DNA of 20,000 nt, from the NCBI RefSeq assembly GCF_002087085.1, contig NZ_MWQY01000002.1, positions 303,106 to 323,105 of the forward strand, read 5' to 3'. Positions 1-8,640 of the stretch are shown piece by piece. Both the position numbers and the translations under genes were made by a program. How positions within the stretch are numbered: the first letter of the stretch is position 1; each line of letters starts with the position of its first letter. The notes below the pieces were generated by a model. That model was not told the DNA's origin. It saw only the letters and a list, made by a program, of their open reading frames with translations, and searched no databases.

Positions 1-19
1 AAAAAGAAAAGCCTTTCAC
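1..19 (-). CDS. Probable 5' end of a gene running off the left edge (GTG AAA GGC TTT TCT TTT = MKGFSF...), product unknown
   Basis: On the minus strand GAGGT (plus acctc 28-32) sits 8 nt before GTG (plus cac 17-19), downstream of a sigma-54 motif at 86-102. Only 6 codons are visible. Confidence 0.45.
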
Positions 20-85
20 GCTGCTTTACCTCACTCTTAGTTAAACTCTGCACTTTTCAGTCAAAGGGACTATATACACACATAG

Positions 86-102
86 TGCAGGTTTAGTGCC
101 AA
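86..102 (-). promoter_or_regulatory. Sigma-54 (-24/-12) promoter
   Basis: Minus strand reads TTGGCACTAAACCTGCA, with GG-N10-GC spacing matching TGGCAC-N5-TTGCW except C for the first T of the -12 box. It lies in intergenic DNA and points to the SD/GTG at 19. Confidence 0.7.
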
Positions 103-304
103 GTATCCATAATCCCTGAACCCGGATTACCCGATTGATCATATATTTTACATGATGTGCAATGGAGATATATAAAATCTTTCAAGAAAATAAGTTACGT
201 AGACATACATTCAGCAATGAGGATTGTTGCAGGGGAGGAATTGTAAAGCCGGAAAACGATCTTCAGTGATGAAACATGTAATTGGTGAGGATTTATCTAT
301 TAGC

Positions 305-319
305 GGTGATATTCTCTAC
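305..319. promoter_or_regulatory. Degenerate copy of the GGTGA-N5-TCACC element (candidate upstream activator site)
   Basis: ggtgatattctctac matches ggtgaaattatcacc (10260-10274) at 11/15 positions. Its centre is 225 bp upstream of the -12 C at 87. Confidence 0.35.
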
Positions 320-339
320 AGCTTTTACAGCATCATTCT

Positions 340-377
340 AAAAAACCCCTTGAATGAACTGGTATACATTCAAGGGG
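340..377 (-). terminator. Rho-independent terminator of the kinase...tctA operon
   Basis: Perfect 11-bp stem ccccttgaatg (346-356) / cattcaagggg (367-377), followed on the minus strand by TTTTTT (plus 340-345). It starts 27 nt after the tctA stop. Confidence 0.85.
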
Positions 378-404
378 CGGCTGTATGCTGATCAGGTTTG
401 CAGC

Positions 405-1910
405 CTACTCGGGCAAAACGGCAATCTCGCGCTTCAGGGTTGCCCGGATGTTAAGGGTAACGGTAACCGCTGTAATGGCAAGAAAAACAAGTGCTATTGG
501 CCGTGAGAAGAGAGAAAAAGCATCCATGGCAAACAGCTGAGACGATTTTCTAAGATTCATCTCGAACATGGGCCCGAGTATGAAACCGAGGATCATTGGC
601 GTCAACGGAACCCCGGCCTTGATAAGACCGTACCCGACAAGCCCGAACAGGAGGACACCCCAGACGTCGAAAATACTGTTACTGTCGCCGATGGCACCGA
701 CACAACAAAGAATCACTATCAGAGGAAACAGGTACTGCTTGGGAATTTTCAGGATCCGTATAAATACCCTCATTCCCCCGAACTCGAGAATAAGCATGGC
801 TACGGCAGCTATGACCATCGCGACAAAAATGCCATATACCACCGGTCCGTTCCTGTCGAAAATGAGCGGTCCCGGTGCGATATCATGAACCATGAGACCG
901 CCGAGCAGCATGGCAGTAACTGCATCACCGGGAATTCCCAGGGACAACAGTGGAATCATGGCACCCCCAATACTCGCATTATTCGCCGATTCCGATGCCA
1001 CAACACCATCCATTATACCAGTACCGAACTTGTCCGAATGTTTGGAGCTGTTTTTCGCGACCGTGTACGAAATCATACAGGCCGGACCACCGCCGATCCC
1101 GGGCAGAATCCCGATACCAACGCCGATCAGGGCTGAACGTATCGTGTTGAACCACTGGGAGAAGAATTCCTTCAAGGAAAAACCGAATCCTCTGATTTTG
1201 AAATCCTCATTTACTTCCGCTTCGTTATTGTTACGTACCTGTTCTGCATATTTTACCACTTCGGTTATTGCAAAGAGACCGATCAGAAAAACCAGCAGCT
1301 TGAATCCCGCAGTCAGGTTAACAGATCCGAAGGTAAAACGGGCTCTGGAGTCTATCGGCGATAGCCCTATAGTGGCGAACATGCAGCCGAGAATGGCGCT
1401 GATAAGACCTTTTACAATATCATCACCCGTTAATGCTATTACAAGGGAAAGGGAGAAGATTGCCAGCGCACAATATTCATATGCTCCGAATTTCAGTGCA
1501 AAACTCGCAACCTTCGGGGCCATAAACACCAGAATCCCGATTCCGATCAGGGTGCCGAAGAAGGAAAAAACAATTCCTGTACCAAGGGCTTTGCCGGCCA
1601 TACCATTCTTCGCCATGGGTGCCCCGTCAAAGCAGGTCGCAACAGACGAAGGTGTACCCGGAATATTGAGCAGAATAGCCGAGATAAGGCCTCCCGAAAT
1701 ACCGCCTATATACAGGGCCACAAGGGTTGAAATTCCCTGTATGGGGGTCATCGTATAGGTCATGGGAAGAAACATCACTATCGACATCGTGGCAGTAAGT
1801 CCCGGAACAGATCCGAAAACAATACCCACCCCGACTCCGGAAAAAATCAATAACAGGATAAACGGATTGAAGGCGACGTTCGTCAATCCTTCTATAAACG
1901 CAGAATACAT
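405..1910 (-). CDS. tctA: Tripartite tricarboxylate transporter (TTT) large permease TctA
   Basis: 501-aa polytopic membrane protein with the TctA signatures ILLNIPGTPSSVATCFDG and ASESANNASIGGAMIPLLSLGIPGD. AGGAGGAG SD upstream. Confidence 0.95.
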   Translation of the reverse strand: MYSAFIEGLTNVAFNPFILLLIFSGVGVGIVFGSVPGLTATMSIVMFLPMTYTMTPIQGISTLVALYIGGISGGLISAILLNIPGTPSSVATCFDGAPMAKNGMAGKALGTGIVFSFFGTLIGIGILVFMAPKVASFALKFGAYEYCALAIFSLSLVIALTGDDIVKGLISAILGCMFATIGLSPIDSRARFTFGSVNLTAGFKLLVFLIGLFAITEVVKYAEQVRNNNEAEVNEDFKIRGFGFSLKEFFSQWFNTIRSALIGVGIGILPGIGGGPACMISYTVAKNSSKHSDKFGTGIMDGVVASESANNASIGGAMIPLLSLGIPGDAVTAMLLGGLMVHDIAPGPLIFDRNGPVVYGIFVAMVIAAVAMLILEFGGMRVFIRILKIPKQYLFPLIVILCCVGAIGDSNSIFDVWGVLLFGLVGYGLIKAGVPLTPMILGFILGPMFEMNLRKSSQLFAMDAFSLFSRPIALVFLAITAVTVTLNIRATLKREIAVLPE

Positions 1911-1925
1911 TTGACGTCTCCTCCT

Positions 1926-2432
1926 TTAGAATCCGAGAATGCCCCTGGGCAGAAGAACAGATAACAATCTTACAAAGAGAAAATCGATCACCACAGAAGA
2001 AACGATCGCAATAATCGCTGCGGTCCTGTAATTCCTCTTACCTGGAGGTGTAAGTAATACTGATAAAAAGAAGATAAAAAGAATCGACATTATCGTGAAA
2101 CCGACATATCCCAATAAAGCGGTATATACCCCTAGACCGACAAAGGTCAGAATCACTTCGTAATTTCGGTTATAGAAATCTCTTAAGGTCAGTTTTTCTG
2201 TTGAAATATCCATGCCCTCTTTTATAGCAATCCTCCTGCCCCTGAACCCTCGCAATAAGAGACTGAGGCTCAACGCCAGAAGACAGATACCCCAAAATCT
2301 CGGAATGAATGTGGCATCCAGAGGAGTGGCCCCCAATCCAAGAAAAGGCACGATATCAAAAGAAAAATACAGATAGAGTACAGAAAAAATGGACAAGGAA
2401 CTGCCTGCCACAATGTTGGTTCGATAGGTCAA
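1926..2432 (-). CDS. tctB: TTT small membrane subunit TctB
   Basis: Several hydrophobic helices and C-terminal F..LLSVLLPRGILGF, directly upstream of tctA. Start moved from 2549 to the TTG at 2432, which follows AAGGAGGAAGG (168 aa). Confidence 0.88.
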   Translation of the reverse strand: MTYRTNIVAGSSLSIFSVLYLYFSFDIVPFLGLGATPLDATFIPRFWGICLLALSLSLLLRGFRGRRIAIKEGMDISTEKLTLRDFYNRNYEVILTFVGLGVYTALLGYVGFTIMSILFIFFLSVLLTPPGKRNYRTAAIIAIVSSVVIDFLFVRLLSVLLPRGILGF

Positions 2433-2638
2433 AACCTTCCTCCTTATGGATTTGAACTCACATAAAACCCGTACCGGTTCTCCAGGGCATCTCCAAAAAC
2501 TACTCTTTTTCCCATTTTCAGGGTCGTCAAGATTTCCCGCGGTCCTCAACTCATGTTATCACAAGAATTTGCGGTCCTTACAAAATCTTTCTTTCCTGAC
2601 TATGAAAAAACTACCACGTTCTTAGAGCTTCCCTCTAT

Positions 2639-3931
2639 TTAAACGAACTCCAGGAGATTCCCTTCGTTATCGAATTTCATTTTCCTGGCATTTTCCACTA
2701 TTTCTACCCCTTCAGTCTCCATAGCTTCCTGCTGCATCGCTTCAGATATATAGAGTTCGTCAAGACTCAGGGTATTTTTAATAAGGACGATTCTTACCGT
2801 CTTCTTTTCAATATTTGTACATGTTTTTATTGCCGCTTTAATAGCCAGTTCATCATCTTCCATTACCATCGCTATTTTTCCCGGCGTAATAACGGTGGAT
2901 GTAAGCATATTCGGATAAAGGGCAGTAAAATCGATCTTGTTAAACAGTCGCAGGGTAGTTACATCGGCCATCCCCACTCCCATTGCATTTCCATGGGATT
3001 TATCGGAGACATCGAGAACAACGGTCTTCTGCTTATAAATACCACCCGACCCATAGGGGGTTGCCCAGGTCCCGGTAACATTCGGATCCATACCACTCCC
3101 GGAAAAATTCTTCCCGATCTGGGTTACAACAAGTACATCCGTTTCGGGAAAAAGGATTCTTGGCATCCGCTTTTTGGCATACTCCAAAAGAGGAGGTTCC
3201 TTTTCCGCGATCTCCTCCCCTTTGATAACTTCAATACGGCAGGTCTGATCATAAGCGTTCTCAATGACACCGACACCGAAAACTACATTATTATTATTCA
3301 TTATGACGCGGGCAAACTCCGGGATTCTTTCCTTGAAGGCGCCGAATCCCGCGGCATGAAGGGAATCCGCTCCCTTCTGTTTGCCAAGTCCGATGCCGAG
3401 CATCTTAAATAGTCCGGACTCATAGGGACCGCGAAATGCCGTGTGGGCTTTTATGCGTCCCACCACAACGATTGAATCAGACTCAGCTGTAAATTTATCG
3501 AAATATACAGGCAAACCATCCGGGGTGTAACCGGTAACGACGGTATCCATTGAGGAGTGAATCGGACAGGCGCAGAATTCTTCTGTAATACCGTAGTCTT
3601 CCAGGATCTCTTTCTGTCCCTCTGCCGAAGAACCTCCATGACTGCCCATGGCAGGAACAATGTACGGATGGGCCCCACAGCTTGTAATAAATGCAGCCAG
3701 CTCCCGGAGAATCACGTTCATGTTCGCAATTTCACGACTGCTCCCGGTCAGGACCACCCTGTCACCCTGTCGTATCCTTGCACTCAGGGACTGTTCTTTG
3801 AGTTGAGTTCTGATTGTTCCAGGAATATCCTCAACTCTGCTTCCGTCGAAGTGCTGCCGAACCTTTATCACTCCCGGTATTGGTACATCTTTGAGAAGAT
3901 GTCGTATATTTGTCTGTTTCTTTATCTCCAT
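2639..3931 (-). CDS. LarA-superfamily (DUF2088 / lactate racemase domain) protein, putative nickel-pincer hydroxyacid racemase/epimerase
   Basis: 430 aa. Motifs IVPAMGSHGG, RIKAHTAF..YESGLFKM.GIGLGK and GADSLH resemble the LarA ATG.H, H...SGG.K and Ni-ligand His segments. AGGA SD present. Confidence 0.75.
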   Translation of the reverse strand: MEIKKQTNIRHLLKDVPIPGVIKVRQHFDGSRVEDIPGTIRTQLKEQSLSARIRQGDRVVLTGSSREIANMNVILRELAAFITSCGAHPYIVPAMGSHGGSSAEGQKEILEDYGITEEFCACPIHSSMDTVVTGYTPDGLPVYFDKFTAESDSIVVVGRIKAHTAFRGPYESGLFKMLGIGLGKQKGADSLHAAGFGAFKERIPEFARVIMNNNNVVFGVGVIENAYDQTCRIEVIKGEEIAEKEPPLLEYAKKRMPRILFPETDVLVVTQIGKNFSGSGMDPNVTGTWATPYGSGGIYKQKTVVLDVSDKSHGNAMGVGMADVTTLRLFNKIDFTALYPNMLTSTVITPGKIAMVMEDDELAIKAAIKTCTNIEKKTVRIVLIKNTLSLDELYISEAMQQEAMETEGVEIVENARKMKFDNEGNLLEFV

Positions 3932-3960
3932 AATTCCTGCTCAGCTCCGTGCATATAATT

Positions 3961-3990
3961 AACCCGAAAAGCCTTAAGGCTTTTCGGGTT
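3961..3990. repeat. Perfect 30-bp palindrome between tctC and the LarA-like gene (terminator/mRNA-stability hairpin)
   Basis: aacccgaaaagccttaaggcttttcgggtt is its own reverse complement and lies 17 nt after the tctC stop. Confidence 0.85.
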
Positions 3991-4007
3991 TTAACCTGTA
4001 TTTTCAG

Positions 4008-4985
4008 TTATCGCAGGTATTTGGAGAATTTCATGAAATGTTCACGCTGCTTCATCAGCTCCGCAATGGTGTCATCTACACTCAGAGCCCAGGGATCCTG
4101 CAGGTTGAATTTTCGACACTCTGCAGCGTATTCAGGGTCATTGTTGACAACATCCAGAATCGCTGCGTTCATCTGTTCAACGATCTCCCTGGGAGTTCCT
4201 TTAGGAGCAAGACACACATACATGGTGTCCATAACAAGATCAGGAACACCGGTCTTGCTGGCCGAAGGAACATTCTTGAGCAGTGAGGGAGAATCGCTCA
4301 GCAATGTAGCAAGGGTTCTGATCTGCCCTGATTCTATATACTGTTTCGCCGTCGCATAGGGAACGATAGTCGCATCAACATGTTTTCCCAGAAGAGCAGT
4401 CATCCGGGATGCACCGTCACCCTGATCCATGACCGCAAACTCCGCACCTGACTGAGCCAGTATGACCGAAGCGATATAAACACCACCGCCGGTGGATATT
4501 CCAAAGCGGATAGTATTCGGATTGGCTTTTGAAGCTTTTACCAGATCGTCAATGGACTGGTAGGGAGAATCGGCGGGAACGATAATGTTTTCGCCGGACT
4601 GCTTGCCGTAAATAGCGACCGGTTCAAAGGCATCCCATCCGAAAGAAGAAAGCCCGGTAGCCTCATTACCCATCACAGCCGTCGTATTGGTCATGATAAA
4701 GGTATATCCATCGGGTTTGGCATTCCGGTACTGTTCCATGGCGATATTACCGTTGCTTCCGGTAACGTTGGTGGGAACAAGGGAAACCCCAAGTTTCTTT
4801 TCCACAAACCGGCTGATCAGACGACCGTTATAATCCGTATCTCCACCGGCACCATGGGTACCGATAATGGTGATATTCTGCTTTGGCCATTCAGCGGCCC
4901 CACTGCCTGCACTTTCCGATTTCCCTTCGGAAAAAACTGAAACTGTAAACAATAATACAAGCGCAGCTACAAGAAATTTTTTCAT
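4008..4985 (-). CDS. tctC: TTT substrate-binding protein TctC (Bug family)
   Basis: Motifs WPKQNITII..HGAGGDTD, NVTG.NG.IA, KPDGYT and APKGTPREIV. Signal peptide MKKFLVAALVLLFTVSVFS starts at ATG 4985 after AAGGAGGGG, so the track's 5144 start is over-extended. Confidence 0.92.
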   Translation of the reverse strand: MKKFLVAALVLLFTVSVFSEGKSESAGSGAAEWPKQNITIIGTHGAGGDTDYNGRLISRFVEKKLGVSLVPTNVTGSNGNIAMEQYRNAKPDGYTFIMTNTTAVMGNEATGLSSFGWDAFEPVAIYGKQSGENIIVPADSPYQSIDDLVKASKANPNTIRFGISTGGGVYIASVILAQSGAEFAVMDQGDGASRMTALLGKHVDATIVPYATAKQYIESGQIRTLATLLSDSPSLLKNVPSASKTGVPDLVMDTMYVCLAPKGTPREIVEQMNAAILDVVNNDPEYAAECRKFNLQDPWALSVDDTIAELMKQREHFMKFSKYLR

Positions 4986-5037
4986 GTAACCCCTCCTTAA
5001 TAAATTATCCGATCCAGGACCGGATTGCGTAACATTG

Positions 5038-6015
5038 TCAAACACCCTTCCATTTCGGGTGCTCATAGACCTCCGGGTTGCATACATGAGGCCATTTTTC
5101 TCCCTCAATAACCGCGAGGGTTCCCTGTACAGCCATGGTGACAACGGCGCTTGTCGTCTCCCTGGTCTGAGCCGCCATATGCGGACTGACGATGAGGTTG
5201 CTCAGCTTCATTAAGGGGTGCTCAGCTTTCATGGGTTCATCGGCCAGCACGTCCACCGCCGCTCCGGCTATACTTTCGTTCTTCAGGGCTTCAAAGAGTG
5301 CCGTTTCATCGACTATATCGCCCCGTGCACAGTTTATGAGAAATGCACTCTTCTTCATTGCAGCGAGGATTTGACTATTGATCATGTTACGGGTTTCCGG
5401 CATGGACGGCATATGGAGGCTCACGTAATCCCCAGCCTCAACAGCCTGTTGCAGGTCCCCTGCATAGGTGTATCCCAGAGCTTCCACGTCTTTTCGGTCG
5501 AGGAAGGGATCGTAGGCGCATACTTTCATGCCCACACCGGCGCAGAGCTGCGCGACGGTCCTGCCGATATTTCCCAGGCCTATTACACTGACTGTTTTTC
5601 CCAGCAGTTCGACGGCGGCATACTTGTTGCGAATGCCGAAATTCCCTTTTCTCGTCTCGACATCGCTTTCCACAATATTTTTTGATATGCCGAAGATCAG
5701 GGCCAGAGTATGCTCGGCAACTGCCCGGGCATTGGCGGCGGGACAGATCACAACCGGAATACCCCGCTCCGTGGCGGCCTGAACATCAACATTATCAACA
5801 CCCACACCCGGACGGGTTATTACCTTGAGCTTTTCACAGGCATCAATAGCCTTACGATCGATCTTCCCAATTCGCAGAATGAAACCGTCGGCTTTTTTTA
5901 AATCCTCGATAATGATGTCACTGTCTCCATTATTCGGAATTATAAGATCTGCCTTACCGTTGATGGCATCCATCCCCGGTTTGTACAAGGGATGCGAGAT
6001 CAGGACAGTAATCAT
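5038..6015 (-). CDS. D-isomer-specific 2-hydroxyacid dehydrogenase (SerA-like catalytic core, no ACT domain)
   Basis: 325 aa with GVGVDNVD, GLGNIG (Rossmann), INCARG, DVLADEP and SPHMAA (Arg/Glu/His catalytic set). Confidence 0.92.
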   Translation of the reverse strand: MITVLISHPLYKPGMDAINGKADLIIPNNGDSDIIIEDLKKADGFILRIGKIDRKAIDACEKLKVITRPGVGVDNVDVQAATERGIPVVICPAANARAVAEHTLALIFGISKNIVESDVETRKGNFGIRNKYAAVELLGKTVSVIGLGNIGRTVAQLCAGVGMKVCAYDPFLDRKDVEALGYTYAGDLQQAVEAGDYVSLHMPSMPETRNMINSQILAAMKKSAFLINCARGDIVDETALFEALKNESIAGAAVDVLADEPMKAEHPLMKLSNLIVSPHMAAQTRETTSAVVTMAVQGTLAVIEGEKWPHVCNPEVYEHPKWKGV

Positions 6016-6019
6016 ATCT

Positions 6020-7045
6020 TTACACCATCCTCACGCCCATCTCGATGGCCTGCAGCATGCTCTCAGGATTTGCCCGGCCTTCGCCGGCCTTTCCGAAGGC
6101 GGTACCGTGGTCCACGGAGGAGCGGATAATCGGCAGCCCCAGGGTAATGTTGACCCCGGACATGGAGAGCCAGGTATTGGTGTTACGGTCGTAGTTGAAT
6201 CCCGCCAGCTTGGTGGGGATATGCCCCTGGTCGTGATACTGAACAACCACTATGTCGTACTGCCCGCCCTTCATTTTGGAAAAGACCGTATCCGGAGGGA
6301 TCGGTCCTTCCACCGTCATGCCTTCGGCAACAGCCTGCTCGATGGCGGGAATAATCTCATCGATCTCTTCCCGGCCGAACATGCCGTTTTCACCGGCGTG
6401 GGGATTCAGACCTGCCACGGCAATTCTGGGCTGTTCGATGCCCAGCCGCTTCAGGGCCTCGTCCGCCAGCTTGATAACCCGGTAAACCCGTTCCTTTTTG
6501 CAGCGGTTTATTGCCTCCTGCAGGGATACGTGGGTGGAGACATGGACAACCCGGAAGTCCCCTTCGGCGAGCATCATGGCGTAATCCCTGGTCCCGGTAA
6601 GACGGGCGTAGATCTCAGTGTGTCCGGCTTCCTTGATACCGGCGGAGTTAATGGCCTCCTTGTTTATGGGGCCGGTGATAGTCGCATCAACTTCTTTTGC
6701 AAGGGCGAGCTGGATAACCTTCTCGATATATTCATAGCTGGCCTTTCCGGTCATGGCGGAAACGGTTTTATATTTCAGCCTGCTCATGTCTATATTCTGC
6801 ATATCGAGCACGTCTATGGTTCCGAATTCGTACCTGCCCTCCGCCGGAGACGAAACGGCCCTGGTTTTCAGGGAAAGCCCGGAAAACTCAATGGCCGCTT
6901 CCATGACTTTCAGATCACAGACTGCCAGGGGCCTGCAGATATCGTATACGTGCTTTTCATTCAAGGCCTTGGCGGTAATCTCCGGTCCGATACCCGCCGG
7001 ATCGCCAACGCTGATTCCTAAAATTGGTCTCTTCTCAGTTTTCAT
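6020..7045 (-). CDS. pdxA: PdxA-family dehydrogenase, likely PdxA2 (4-phospho-threonate/erythronate dehydrogenase)
   Basis: Motifs GDPAGIGPEI, GHTE, THVSL, GLNPHAGE, YHDQGHIP and GLPIIRSSVDHGTAF. Adjacency to a DUF1537 kinase is the known PdxA2 context. Confidence 0.92.
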   Translation of the reverse strand: MKTEKRPILGISVGDPAGIGPEITAKALNEKHVYDICRPLAVCDLKVMEAAIEFSGLSLKTRAVSSPAEGRYEFGTIDVLDMQNIDMSRLKYKTVSAMTGKASYEYIEKVIQLALAKEVDATITGPINKEAINSAGIKEAGHTEIYARLTGTRDYAMMLAEGDFRVVHVSTHVSLQEAINRCKKERVYRVIKLADEALKRLGIEQPRIAVAGLNPHAGENGMFGREEIDEIIPAIEQAVAEGMTVEGPIPPDTVFSKMKGGQYDIVVVQYHDQGHIPTKLAGFNYDRNTNTWLSMSGVNITLGLPIIRSSVDHGTAFGKAGEGRANPESMLQAIEMGVRMV

Positions 7046-7067
7046 GGTCTGTTCCTTCTAGAAATAT

Positions 7068-8372
7068 TCATTTACGTTCCGGCTGCTGTTCCTGTCTGCC
7101 GGTAACGATTTTACACACCTGTGTCATTGCATTTTTCCTGCCGAAACCGCCGGCCTTTGAAATAAGGTAGACCGGCTTATCGGCATAGGGGGTATCAAAC
7201 CTTCCAATGGGGATGCCGGGCAGGATTTCGTCGAGTAATTCCACACCCTTGACTTTCAGTGACTCACTGACTCCGGCGGCAGTATTGCCCCCGGTAATAA
7301 ATACTGCTTCAATCTGGCGCTGCATAAAGATACGGGCAACCAGCCTTCCCAGGAAACTGGAAACCCGCTCTCCCAGCTCCTTCTCATTTATACCCAGTTC
7401 CGCTGCATATGCGATGTCGTTCTTGTATTCACAGTCACCATCGAAGGTTTTGATCAGCACCGGAACATCCTTCCTCGACTGAGAATCCTCATGCAGAAGA
7501 CGGGACAGTTCCTTTTCTTCGTCGTTAAGCAGGTTCTGCATGGCGACACAAAGGGATACAGGATCGATACTTTTTTCAAGTTCCGCCACCTGGGTTCTGG
7601 TAGTTTCCGTTACACTCCCTGCAACAAACAGCAGCTTCCCCTCATCGATAACGGGGAACTCCGGAGAGGACCCTTCCCCTGCGTCGGTGAGGGCTTCTGC
7701 AAGACCGGAGGCACCGGCAAACAGAACCGACTCATCTTCCCGGGCTGAAGCAAGGATCCGGAGGTCCTCCAGTGTTTCTGCATCGGCGACGATGGCCCGT
7801 GCGCCCTCCTGTCTCAGCTCTTTGAATCGTGTTAGAAAGGCATCCGAACCTTTGCGTATCGTTTCAAGATCGATATGCCCAACGCTGTTGCGAAACCACC
7901 GTTCAAGAAGTCCCGGGACAAATGCAGACGCAACAGGAGTGAAAGGATCGATCTGGTGTCCGTTCTCACCGATGGGCACCCCGTTTACCAGACAGTTGCC
8001 TGCCACAACAGTACGCCCGTTCTTGGGAGCCGAAGGGGCCACAAGGGCGCAATCAAAATCTCCGGCATCCATGACGGCGGCAATCTCTTCGGGAACATTT
8101 CCGCGAATGGTTGAATCGATTTTTTTGAAAAACTGCCGTACACCAAGTCTTCTGCAGGTTTCGACTACACTCCGCACCTTGTCATAGGAATCACTGGGAA
8201 GCATGAACCTGGATTCGGTACTGACGACAAGTACGTTATATAATTCAAGATCAACACCGGAATCCCAGTTCTGGAGGGCGAGAAACGGCGTATATCCGTT
8301 CTTTCTGAACTGTACGGCAGAATCGCCGGCTCCGGTAAAATCATCAGCTATTATGCAAAGTTTTAAACCCAT
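7068..8372 (-). CDS. Four-carbon acid sugar kinase family (DUF1537; DtnK/DenK-like)
   Basis: Motifs IIADDFTGAGD, STESR, KKIDSTIRGN, DAET.EDL, AGASGLA, TGGNTA and SKAGGFG. Confidence 0.92.
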   Translation of the reverse strand: MGLKLCIIADDFTGAGDSAVQFRKNGYTPFLALQNWDSGVDLELYNVLVVSTESRFMLPSDSYDKVRSVVETCRRLGVRQFFKKIDSTIRGNVPEEIAAVMDAGDFDCALVAPSAPKNGRTVVAGNCLVNGVPIGENGHQIDPFTPVASAFVPGLLERWFRNSVGHIDLETIRKGSDAFLTRFKELRQEGARAIVADAETLEDLRILASAREDESVLFAGASGLAEALTDAGEGSSPEFPVIDEGKLLFVAGSVTETTRTQVAELEKSIDPVSLCVAMQNLLNDEEKELSRLLHEDSQSRKDVPVLIKTFDGDCEYKNDIAYAAELGINEKELGERVSSFLGRLVARIFMQRQIEAVFITGGNTAAGVSESLKVKGVELLDEILPGIPIGRFDTPYADKPVYLISKAGGFGRKNAMTQVCKIVTGRQEQQPERK

Positions 8373-8386
8373 ACTTGGAAGTATTA

Positions 8387-8403
8387 AGCAATGAACGTGC
8401 CAA
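8387..8403 (-). promoter_or_regulatory. Sigma-54 (-24/-12) promoter of the kinase-pdxA-...-tctA operon
   Basis: Minus strand TTGGCACGTTCATTGCT is an exact match to TGGCACG-N4-TTGCW, immediately upstream of the first operon gene. Confidence 0.85.
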
Positions 8404-8587
8404 GGTCACAGGTTTTTCATTTTCATTTTTCCATTTTCTCCCCGTTATCCGTAACGGAGACAAAGCATCGTCCATACTCGTATCTAAGTCTTTACACTGA
8501 TGTACTTTAAGAAATTCCCCGAAACTGAAGGGCCGCACACCCGACGAAAAGTGTCTGAACCGGGATTATAGACTTTTGCGGAAAACA

Positions 8588-8620
8588 TCCGCTGGTGATG
8601 ATTATATCACCACCAGCGGA
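8588..8620. repeat. Inverted repeat (15-bp arms, 1 mismatch): terminator for the glpM-like gene and/or activator site
   Basis: tccgctggtgatgat-tat-atcaccaccagcgga, followed on the minus strand by TGTTTT. The core gatgattatatcacc resembles 10260-10274. Confidence 0.75.
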
Positions 8621-8640
8621 GTAAAATATCCACATTGGGA

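Noticed and set aside
2550..2567. TGATAAC core resembling the FadR-type operator upstream of tctB
   Set aside because: Only the centre matches. The TTGTA/TACAA arms are missing.
5825..7021. 398-aa plus-strand ORF antisense to pdxA (similar ones at 892-1758, 7540-8187, 12996-13754, 18962-19768)
   Set aside because: Shadow ORFs opposite well-conserved genes, with no recognisable motifs.
8344..8538. 64-aa minus-strand ORF in the kinase promoter region
   Set aside because: It overlaps the sigma-54 promoter and kinase start, and has no SD or recognisable features.
8605..8621. Resemblance of TATCACCACCAGCGGAG to phage lambda operators (TATCACCGCCAG...)
   Set aside because: It lacks the lambda operator symmetry and there are no phage genes, so this is likely coincidence.
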